Source: Myxococcota bacterium (GTDB lineage Bacteria > Myxococcota_A > Polyangia > Polyangiales > Sandaracinaceae). From it: a stretch of 64,000 nt of DNA. The notes under the pieces are model-generated. The model worked only from the letters and a program-made list of their open reading frames with translations. It did no database searches and was not told the origin of the DNA. A program made the translations under genes and the position numbers. This document shows positions 10,695 through 18,132 of this stretch, piece after piece (position 1 is the first letter of the stretch; every line of letters starts with the position of its first letter). The stretch covers positions 14,482 to 78,481 of the forward strand of contig JAYZQJ010000084.1 in NCBI GenBank assembly GCA_036149055.1, read 5' to 3'.

Positions 10695-11360
10695 GTGATC
10701 CGATCGCTCGACCCTCGCGTCTTCACGCCCCAGCGCGCCCCGACCGCGCCCGAGCCGCGCGCCGCGGCGCCGACCCCCAGCACGGACGTCGGCTCCGAGC
10801 CGGGCGCGACGCCCCGGGTCGACGGCGGCCGGGTGAACCCGCAGGCCTCGGCCGAGGGGCCGAACGGCGAGGCGCTCACCGCCGACGAGCAGCGCGAGGT
10901 GCAGCGGCTCCAGAAGCGCGACGCCGAGGTGCGCGCTCACGAGCAGGCGCACGCGGCGGCCGGCGGGGCCCACGCGGGGGCGCCCAGCTACGGCTACGAG
11001 ACCGGCCCCGACGGCAAGCGGTACGCGGTGTCGGGCGAGGTCTCGATCGACACCTCGGAGATCGAAGGCGACTCGCAGGCCTCGCTGCAGAAGCTGGAGC
11101 AGGTGGCGCGCGCGGCCCTCGCCCCCGCGCAGCCCTCGGGGCAGGACCGAAAGGTCGCCGCCCAGGCCCGCGCCAAGATCGCGCGGCTGCGCGCCGAGAT
11201 GGTCGAGGAGAAGATCGACCCCGAGCAGGCCGCCGCGGCCGGCGATCCCGCCGCGGCGCGCGCCAAGGGCGCGTACGAGAAGAGCGCCGACGTCGAGCCC
11301 CCGACCGCGAGCCTGCAGATCACGGCCTGCGGGAGCTGCGGTCACGGGCACCGTCGCTGA
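10695..11360 (+). CDS. SrpA/SprA-related putative metalloprotease family protein
   Basis: RDAEVRAHEQAH, GPDGKRYAVSGEVSID and AALAPAQPSGQD are characteristic of this family. Confidence 0.85.
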   Translation: MIRSLDPRVFTPQRAPTAPEPRAAAPTPSTDVGSEPGATPRVDGGRVNPQASAEGPNGEALTADEQREVQRLQKRDAEVRAHEQAHAAAGGAHAGAPSYGYETGPDGKRYAVSGEVSIDTSEIEGDSQASLQKLEQVARAALAPAQPSGQDRKVAAQARAKIARLRAEMVEEKIDPEQAAAAGDPAAARAKGAYEKSADVEPPTASLQITACGSCGHGHRR

Positions 11361-11363
11361 GCG

Positions 11364-13037
11364 TCAGGCCTTCCGCCGGCGCCACGCGAGGGCCGCGCCG
11401 GCCGCGCCGACGAGGAAGAGCGCGCCGAAGCCGGTGCTGACCGGGCTCGCGCTGCACGCCGCGCCGCCCCCCGGGGTGAGGCCGCGCTCGTCGGACACCT
11501 CGCGGAGCCGGTCGGTCGGCATGCCCGGGCGGAAGTCGCCGCCGTAGCGGTCCTCGCAGTAGGCGTCGTCGTCGCCGTGGTAGGGCACGCCCTCGCGCAT
11601 CAGCTGCTCGCGCCCGCTCGGCAGCTCGAGCCGCACCGGGGCGGTCCACTGGAAGAACTCCGGCCCGCAGTCGATGTGCTGGGTCGCCTCGTGCACGTTC
11701 GAGTAGGCGGGCGCGAGCTCGTCGCTCCGCATGAACATCGGGTCCTCGTCCATCTCGTCGGCGCTCATGGTGGTGAAGAGCCGGGTGAGGTGCGGCCGGG
11801 CATCCACCCAGCCCTGGGCGCGGGCGCGCGGGTCGACGATGCCGGCGTTCAGGTCGTCCACGAGCCGATCGGGGTCGAAGCCGATCGCCTCGAGGTGCGC
11901 TCGGATCTGCGGGTCGTCCTGCCCCCAGCCCTGGAAGAGGCTGTTGTAGAAGGTCTGCGCGTCGAAGCCGTCCGGCGGCGGGAGGTTGCGGGTCAGGATC
12001 CCGAGCAGCTGGGAGTCGCCGACGAAGCCGCGGTCGCGCAGCTCGCGGAGGAACGCGCCCGGATCGGTCTCGGTGCGCAGGTGCTCGATGGACTGCAGCT
12101 CGATCGAGAGCGAGGGCATGTCACCCGCGAAGTCGGTCACGAACGCGTGGCCGCCCGCGTCGTCCACCGCGCGGGTCACGGCGTCGAAGTAGCGGGTGCT
12201 GCCGGTCCAGAGCCCGAAGTCGTCGAGGTCCGGCTCGACGAGCATGAAGTTCAGGGGCCGCACGCGCTGGTTCCCGAGGAAGTAGGCGGTGATCGGCATG
12301 TTCGGCACGGTGGCGATGCGGGTGAGCCGGATCGGGATGCAGGGCTCGTCGTTCGCGCTCGTGAGCACGATCGGCTGGATCTCGCCGGTCTCGCGGTTCT
12401 TCAGGAGCTTGAGCGCGACGAAGAAGTGGTCGAGCGCGACGTAGTGATCCATCTCGGCGCCCGCGCTCTCCGGGATCTCGTAGCCGTTGTCGGTCAGCCA
12501 GGTGCGGAGCGCGTCGGCGTCGCCGGAGCGGAGCACGGCCACGTCGAAGGGTCCGACGTTGCCGCGGAAGCGGACGTCGACCTCGCCGGAGGGGGGCGGC
12601 GCGGCCGCCGCGTCCGCGAAGCCGCCGCCGGCCATCGGGCCGTCGCTGTCGAAGCGGTCGTCCCACCAGCCGTCGCAGCTCGGCTCGGCGCGGCAGGTCC
12701 CGTGCACCTCGGTCCGGGTCGTGAAGCGCGGGCTCGTGCTCGCGGCCAGCCGCTGGAAGAGCACGTCGGTCCCGACGTCCACCGTGGGCTCGGCGGGGAT
12801 CGGCAGGATCCAGGCGAACTCCTCGGAGGGGCCCTGGTAGAGGATCTGCACGACCGTCGTGACGGTGCCGTCGTCGTTGTAGATGAAGGCGATGTTCTCG
12901 CCGGACTGATCGATCGCCTGGCGGTTGCAGAAGAAGCCGCCGCAGGCGTGCGCCTTGGGCGCGGCGGCGAGCAGGGCCACCGCGGCGGCGGCCGCGCCGA
13001 GGGTCACGAGGTGTCGGGTTCTCATCGTCGTCTCCAT
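11364..13037 (-). CDS. DUF2330-domain exported protein with MYXO-CTERM-like tail
   Basis: Signal peptide then ACGGFFC, FAWILPIP, WLTDNGY, FFVALKL, PCIPIRLT; C-terminal GGGAACS + TM + RRRK. Confidence 0.85.
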   Translation of the reverse strand: METTMRTRHLVTLGAAAAAVALLAAAPKAHACGGFFCNRQAIDQSGENIAFIYNDDGTVTTVVQILYQGPSEEFAWILPIPAEPTVDVGTDVLFQRLAASTSPRFTTRTEVHGTCRAEPSCDGWWDDRFDSDGPMAGGGFADAAAAPPPSGEVDVRFRGNVGPFDVAVLRSGDADALRTWLTDNGYEIPESAGAEMDHYVALDHFFVALKLLKNRETGEIQPIVLTSANDEPCIPIRLTRIATVPNMPITAYFLGNQRVRPLNFMLVEPDLDDFGLWTGSTRYFDAVTRAVDDAGGHAFVTDFAGDMPSLSIELQSIEHLRTETDPGAFLRELRDRGFVGDSQLLGILTRNLPPPDGFDAQTFYNSLFQGWGQDDPQIRAHLEAIGFDPDRLVDDLNAGIVDPRARAQGWVDARPHLTRLFTTMSADEMDEDPMFMRSDELAPAYSNVHEATQHIDCGPEFFQWTAPVRLELPSGREQLMREGVPYHGDDDAYCEDRYGGDFRPGMPTDRLREVSDERGLTPGGGAACSASPVSTGFGALFLVGAAGAALAWRRRKA

Positions 13038-13061
13038 CCCACAGGTGTCCGGCCCCGATAG

Positions 13062-13078
13062 AGCAGCCCCCGTGCCGA
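13062..13078 (-). promoter_or_regulatory. Putative sigma54 promoter of the DUF2330 gene
   Basis: Minus strand TCGGCACG-GGGG-CTGCT with GG-N10-GC spacing, 24 nt upstream of the ATG. Confidence 0.55.
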
Positions 13079-13238
13079 GGCCCGGCGGGCTCTCGATCTT
13101 GCAACGATCTCGAGCTCCGGGGCCACTACGGTCGAGCGAGGGTGCGCCAGCGTGTCACGATCTCCGACGGACGGATCCGGGGAGCGTGCCAGGGCATGCC
13201 GCGCTCGACGCAGGGGGCTGAGGGCCTAGGATGACCCG

Positions 13239-14624
13239 GTGAGCCTCCGTCGATCCGCGCCTGCGCTGTCCCTCGCCCTGCTCGCGCTCGCCGTGGGGTC
13301 CGCGAGAGGGGACGACGAGCAGGAGGCGCCCGAGATCCGCTACCGGGCGCGGACCGACGCGGCGCTCACCCACATGACGGTCGAGGCGTGCTTCCCGGGC
13401 GAGCCGCCGCGCTCGATCGGGCCCGGGATCGACCGCGCGGCCGGCGCGCTCGAAGACGCCCGCGCCTCGAACGGCGACGCGCTGCCGACGCGGCGCGGCC
13501 GGATCGACACCTCGAGCCTCTCGGCCGGCGACTGCGTGACCTACCGCGTCAACCTCGAGGAGGCGCGCCGGGCCTCGCGCTTCTCCCAGCGCCACGGGGT
13601 CGACTTCGTCAGCTCGCAGGGGGCGTGGCTCTGGCGACCGCGGCGCCGGGCCCCCCGCCTCGCGACGATCCGCTTCGATCTGCCCGACGGGGTCCGCGTC
13701 GGCGCGCCCTGGCCGCGCGAGGGCGACGGATACCGGCTCGACCGCTCCGCGTTCCGGCGTCCCGCGTTCGTCGCCTTCGGCCGCTTCGAGCCCCTGCGGG
13801 TCTCGGCGCGCGGCGTCGACGTGGAGCTCGTGCGGCTCGGGGACGGCTGGCGCATGTCCCTCGAGGAGACCGAGGAGTGGCTGCGCCTCGCGATCGACGG
13901 AGTCTCCACCGTGCAAGGAAGGTTCCCGGTCTCGGAGCTGCTCGTGGTCTTCGCGCCGGGGGCCGGCGACGGCGTCGGCTTCGGCATGGTGCGCCGCGGC
14001 GGGGGCTGCTCGGTCGGCTTCATCGTCGGCCAGCGCTCCGACGCCGCGGACCTGCGCGAGAGCTGGGTGACCTGGCACGAGCTGTCGCACCTCCAGCTCC
14101 CGGCGATGGTGCAGTCCGACGCGTGGCTCTACGAGGGGCTCGCCACCTACTATCAAGAGGTGTTGCCGGCGCGCGTGGGCGTGCAGACCGAGCGTGAGGC
14201 GTGGCGCGCGCTCCGGGACGGCTTCCGGCGCGGCGCCCGGTTCCGGGAGCGCGACCCGCTCGAGACCGAGGCCGAGAACATGCACCGGACGCGCGCCTAC
14301 CAGCGGGTCTACTGGGCCGGCACCGCGTTCGCGCTCGAGGCGGACGTCGCCCTGCGGGAGCGGGGATCGTCGCTGGACGAGGCGCTGCGGCGGGGCGCGC
14401 GGCGGTGGCGGGGCGACCCCGACGTGTGGCGGAGCGGGCGACTGACGGCGCTCCTCGACCGCCCCCTCGACTCCCCGCTCCTCGGGCCGCTGCGGGACGT
14501 CTTCGCCGAGCGGGTGACGTTTCCGGACACCGCGTCGCTGCTCGAGCGCCTCGGCGTCGGTCCGGGCGGGCGGCTCTCCGCCGCGCCCCTCTCCTCCGTG
14601 CGCGCCGCGATCATGTCGCGGTGA
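13239..14624 (+). CDS. Exported gluzincin metallopeptidase (M61/M1-like)
   Basis: Signal peptide; WHELSH (HExxH), WLYEGLATYY, YQRVYWAG. Confidence 0.8.
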   Translation: MSLRRSAPALSLALLALAVGSARGDDEQEAPEIRYRARTDAALTHMTVEACFPGEPPRSIGPGIDRAAGALEDARASNGDALPTRRGRIDTSSLSAGDCVTYRVNLEEARRASRFSQRHGVDFVSSQGAWLWRPRRRAPRLATIRFDLPDGVRVGAPWPREGDGYRLDRSAFRRPAFVAFGRFEPLRVSARGVDVELVRLGDGWRMSLEETEEWLRLAIDGVSTVQGRFPVSELLVVFAPGAGDGVGFGMVRRGGGCSVGFIVGQRSDAADLRESWVTWHELSHLQLPAMVQSDAWLYEGLATYYQEVLPARVGVQTEREAWRALRDGFRRGARFRERDPLETEAENMHRTRAYQRVYWAGTAFALEADVALRERGSSLDEALRRGARRWRGDPDVWRSGRLTALLDRPLDSPLLGPLRDVFAERVTFPDTASLLERLGVGPGGRLSAAPLSSVRAAIMSR

Positions 14625-14627
14625 GCG

Positions 14628-15002
14628 TCAGCCTCCGGTCTCGGCGGGCGCCTCTTCCTGGATGGCCGCCCAGCTGAGGCAGTAGCCGCCGGGCTGGACG
14701 GGGCCCGTGAAGACGTTGCAGCCACCGCAGGCGCCGTGCTGGTCGGCCACGTACTGCGCGCAGTTCCGGCAGAACTTGTCCGACTGGGGAGACTCGTCCA
14801 CGTACTGCAGCGTGGTGCGAAGCTGCTGCGACTGCGCGTCGATCGGCGCGTCGCAGCCTTCTCCGCCGCCGCCGCCGGAGCTCTCTTCCTCATCACCACC
14901 GCATCCGGCGAGGGAGAGGAGTCCGACTGCCGAGAGTCCGCCGGCGCCGAGCACCCGAAGCGAGTGCCTCCGCCCGACCTTGTTCACGTTCGAATCTGCC
15001 AT
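14628..15002 (-). CDS. High-potential iron-sulfur protein (HiPIP), Tat-exported lipoprotein
   Basis: GRRHSL twin-arginine plus LAGC lipobox; LQYVDES...CRNCAQY...CNVF...PVQPGGYCLSWA HiPIP Cys pattern. Confidence 0.85.
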   Translation of the reverse strand: MADSNVNKVGRRHSLRVLGAGGLSAVGLLSLAGCGGDEEESSGGGGGEGCDAPIDAQSQQLRTTLQYVDESPQSDKFCRNCAQYVADQHGACGGCNVFTGPVQPGGYCLSWAAIQEEAPAETGG

Positions 15003-15162
15003 GGTCACCCCTGTGAGGTCATGCGTGTGGGCGGTCAAGATATCCCCGCCGCGTGAGTTTCAAGCCCGGCCGAAGCCGGGGGGCGATCGTCCCGCCCGCG
15101 TGATCGACCTGTCAAGAACGCGGCCCGCAACCGTCGGGTGAGCGTCGCGATAGGGGGCTGCC

Positions 15163-15288
15163 ATGAACCCCGCAACCGTCGCTCTCGTCGAGGCTGGTCT
15201 GCGTGTCGGTGTGTTCTGCGCCGTCGCGATCTGCTCCGCTCTCGCTCTCGTCTTCTTCGTGCTCGTCGTCTGTGGCCGGCCCGCTTGA
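15163..15288 (+). CDS. Putative 41-aa hydrophobic membrane peptide
   Basis: AGGGGG RBS; MNPATVALVEAGLRVGVFCAVAICSALALVFFVLVVCGRPA*; below the ORF-track cutoff. Confidence 0.4.
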   Translation: MNPATVALVEAGLRVGVFCAVAICSALALVFFVLVVCGRPA

Positions 15289-15318
15289 CGCTGGAGGGCG
15301 CGGCCTCACGTGAGGGGC

Positions 15319-16107
15319 ATGAAGCTCGAGCTCGAATCGAAGCTGGCTCTCGTCACTGCATCGTCTGGTGGGATCGGGCAGGCCGTCGCGCAGGCGCTCG
15401 CCGCCGAGGGCGCCGAGGTGGTCGTCAATGGGCGATCGGAAGAGAGCGTCGCGCGGGCGATCGACGCGATCCGGGCGAACGTCGACCGCGCGAAGCTACG
15501 TCCCCTCGTGGCGGACAACGGGACCGCAGAGGGCTGCGCCCGCACGATCCAGGCCTTCCCCGAGGTCGACATCCTGGTCAACAACCTCGGGATCTACGAA
15601 GCGGTCGGATTCTTCGACGAGAGTGACGACGACTGGCAACGCCTGTTCGAGGTCAACATCATGAGCGGCGTCCGCCTCGCCCGGCACTACCTGAAGGGCA
15701 TGATCGAGCGCGAGCACGGTCGTGTCATCTTCGTCTCGAGCGAGTCCGGGATCATGCCGGCCCCCGAGATGGCGCACTACAGCGCCACGAAGACGATGCA
15801 GCTGGGCATCTCTCGGTCTCTCGCCGAGCTGACGCAGGGCACGGAGGTCACGGTCAACGCGGTGTTGCCGGGGCCGACCCGGACGGACAACGTCGAGGCG
15901 TTCATCGCCGACGTGTTTCCTGGCGATCCGCCCGAGGTCGCGCAGCGACGATTCATCGAGGAGAACCGGCCGACGTCGCTCATCCGGCGCCTGATCGATC
16001 CTTCGGAGATCGCGGACGTGGTCACGTTCCTCTGCAGCGCACGGTCCGCCGTCATCAACGGGAGCACCATCCGAGCGGAAGGCGGCCTCGTCCGGTCCGC
16101 GTTCTGA
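15319..16107 (+). CDS. SDR family oxidoreductase
   Basis: TASSGGIG Rossmann motif, LVNNLG, YSATK catalytic YxxxK, NAVLPGPT. Confidence 0.92.
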   Translation: MKLELESKLALVTASSGGIGQAVAQALAAEGAEVVVNGRSEESVARAIDAIRANVDRAKLRPLVADNGTAEGCARTIQAFPEVDILVNNLGIYEAVGFFDESDDDWQRLFEVNIMSGVRLARHYLKGMIEREHGRVIFVSSESGIMPAPEMAHYSATKTMQLGISRSLAELTQGTEVTVNAVLPGPTRTDNVEAFIADVFPGDPPEVAQRRFIEENRPTSLIRRLIDPSEIADVVTFLCSARSAVINGSTIRAEGGLVRSAF

Positions 16108-16117
16108 CCGGCGTCGA

Positions 16118-17401
16118 CTACGCGGCCGCCCCCACGTGAGGGTCCCGTCGCTGGTAGCGGGCGCGGGACTCCCGCGTGCCGCCGGCCCCTTTCACGTGGC
16201 GCAGCGCGATCTCGAGCGCTTCGTCTTCGGTCGTGTCCGCCCCCACGTGAGGGCTGGCTCGCTCCACCAGCTGCCGCGACTCGGACTCGCCGAATCCGCG
16301 CGCCTTCAAGAGCTGGAACACCCTCGTCAACGTCGTGCTCACGCGTGCCCCCACGTGAGGGGCGCCGTAGGACGTCCCATCGGCATGCATGAACGTGAAG
16401 CCCTCCGACCAGGTCCCCCGGATCACCAGGGTGCCCTCGTGCACGTAACCGTGGTGCGCCGAGCAGAGCATGATCAGCCGCTCCGGGTCGTGGTCGCCGC
16501 CCTCGGCCTGAGGATCGACGTGGTGCACATGGCAGATGGTGTGCCTGCACCCCGGAACCGCGCAGACCCGGCCGTGTCGCCGGATCACCGCTCGACGAAC
16601 CGCGGGCGGCACCTTCTGGCTCGCGCGATCGTAGTCTCCCGAGCCGTCCACCCGGCCGATGAGCTGCGCGTCGCACTCGGCCATCTCGACCGCGGCTTCC
16701 TCCACCGGCGTGCGCTCCCCGCCCGCGTCCTGCGTCGCCGCCCGGCAAGCCTCGCACACGGTCAGCGCGATCTGGTGCGGGCTCCGCGACCCGTCGGTCT
16801 CACCTCCCGCCAGCAGCGTGCCGGCGAGCAGCCGGACGAACGCGTCGTCGTCCAGGTGCCCGCCGCCGCTCTGATCTCTGGCGACGTCCCGCGCCTGCTT
16901 CAGCAACGCGTAGCTCGACGCCGACAGCTCGAGAGTTACGCGCTTTCGCTCCACCTCGGGACGCGCCGGATCGCTGGGCCGGTCACCCACCGTGCGGCCG
17001 GACGTCATGCGCTCGACCTGATAGGCCGTCTTCCCGGCGGCGGCCTCGAGCCACTCCTCCTCGGTCTCCGCGTCGGCCACTCGCGTCAGCTCCCGCACCA
17101 CCGAGAACACGAGCTCTCCGGCCGCGAAGGCCGCGTCGAGCTTCGGCAGGCTCTCCAGCTTGAGCGCCGTCCTCACCCGCTCCTCGGTCGCCCGCCCCGT
17201 GAAGCCGAACACGCGCAGCGCGTACTCGCGGAAGCTGCCGTACGCGTGGATGTCGTGCACCCGCAGCCGGAATCCGCACAGCAGCCACTGACACAGCTCG
17301 TGCTCGCTCGCGGCCCGGAGCTTCCCGAGCTCCCGCAGCGTCTGGTCCGCCTCATGCCGCGACGTATCGGTCGACGGCGCCCTGTTCAGGTATCCCCCCA
17401 T
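16118..17401 (-). CDS. HNH endonuclease with DUF222/13E12-like N-terminus and RuvA-C-like tail
   Basis: VRRAVIRRHGRVCAVPGC...HVHHV...GGDHDPERLIMLCSAHH; helical N-terminus YGSFREYA...LPKLDAAFAAGELVFS; tail LKARGFGESES. Confidence 0.85.
   Translation of the reverse strand: MGGYLNRAPSTDTSRHEADQTLRELGKLRAASEHELCQWLLCGFRLRVHDIHAYGSFREYALRVFGFTGRATEERVRTALKLESLPKLDAAFAAGELVFSVVRELTRVADAETEEEWLEAAAGKTAYQVERMTSGRTVGDRPSDPARPEVERKRVTLELSASSYALLKQARDVARDQSGGGHLDDDAFVRLLAGTLLAGGETDGSRSPHQIALTVCEACRAATQDAGGERTPVEEAAVEMAECDAQLIGRVDGSGDYDRASQKVPPAVRRAVIRRHGRVCAVPGCRHTICHVHHVDPQAEGGDHDPERLIMLCSAHHGYVHEGTLVIRGTWSEGFTFMHADGTSYGAPHVGARVSTTLTRVFQLLKARGFGESESRQLVERASPHVGADTTEDEALEIALRHVKGAGGTRESRARYQRRDPHVGAAA
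16128..16361. repeat. Three identical 15-bp copies of GCCCCCACGTGAGGG inside the HNH gene
   Basis: Copies at 16128-16142, 16239-16253 and 16347-16361 (spacing 111 and 108 bp). Confidence 0.95.
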
Positions 17402-17459
17402 GCGCTGTATGTAGCCGCACGAGTTGCGGTATGCAAATGTAGGTGCCTGTCTGCGCTCT

Positions 17460-17834
17460 CTATGGGCTCGCGCCTCGCTCGGCTTCTGCGAGCCTCACGA
17501 GCTCTTCCGCCGCGCCGGAGCGCACCGGCTCGATCGACTCCCTCGCGAGGCGCCGCAGGATCCGCGTCGCGTTCGCCGTCTCGCCGAGCTCGAGGTAGCA
17601 GAGCGCGATGTTGAACCAGGCGGCGTCTCGCCGCAGCGGCGTCGAATAGAGCGGCATCGCGTGCTCATACAGCGCGATGAGCGCTCGCCAGTCCCGCGCA
17701 TGATGCAGCGCCTCCGCCTCCTGCATCAGCTCGACGCGCGACATGGACGCAGGGAACCGAGCTGGACGGTGCGGCGGGGGCTTGGCGCACCCCGCCGCCA
17801 AGAGAAAGCAACACAGTACGTGGCGGAGGATCAC
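17460..17834 (-). CDS. Small TPR-like lipoprotein
   Basis: LLAAGC lipobox; DAAWFNIALCYLELGE TPR-like helix; GTGA overlap with the upstream ORF. Confidence 0.65.
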   Translation of the reverse strand: MILRHVLCCFLLAAGCAKPPPHRPARFPASMSRVELMQEAEALHHARDWRALIALYEHAMPLYSTPLRRDAAWFNIALCYLELGETANATRILRRLARESIEPVRSGAAEELVRLAEAERGASP

Positions 17835-18088
17835 CGGGCGCGTGGATCGAAGAGGAAGCCGTAGTGATAGCCAGCGCGCGGTGGTCGCCGCCGAGCTCGA
17901 ACGGGGACCTCGGAGTACTGGTCGTAGCGAGCGTCAGCGAACGGGTTGCGTCGGACCAGAATCCTCGGGATTCGCTCCAGCTCCGACACCAGAGTCGGCA
18001 CGCACTGCTGGACGGATGCCACGTAGCTGTTGGGATCGAACTCGTCGTCGCCCTCGGGGGCAGGGGCGGCGATGATCGTGTAGGGCAC
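17831..18088 (-). CDS. Hypothetical protein (85 aa)
   Basis: Coupled to the downstream lipoprotein gene; TTGACA-containing promoter candidate upstream. Confidence 0.45.
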   Translation of the reverse strand: MPYTIIAAPAPEGDDEFDPNSYVASVQQCVPTLVSELERIPRILVRRNPFADARYDQYSEVPVRARRRPPRAGYHYGFLFDPRAR

Positions 18089-18132
18089 GCCATACGGTGC
18101 GCCGGTCGTTGACGGGTGTCAACGCCAGGATC

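Noticed and set aside
17381..17390. CCTGTTCAGG near the HNH start as a Myxococcus-type LexA box
   Set aside because: Only the GTTCAG half-site is present; the other half does not fit.
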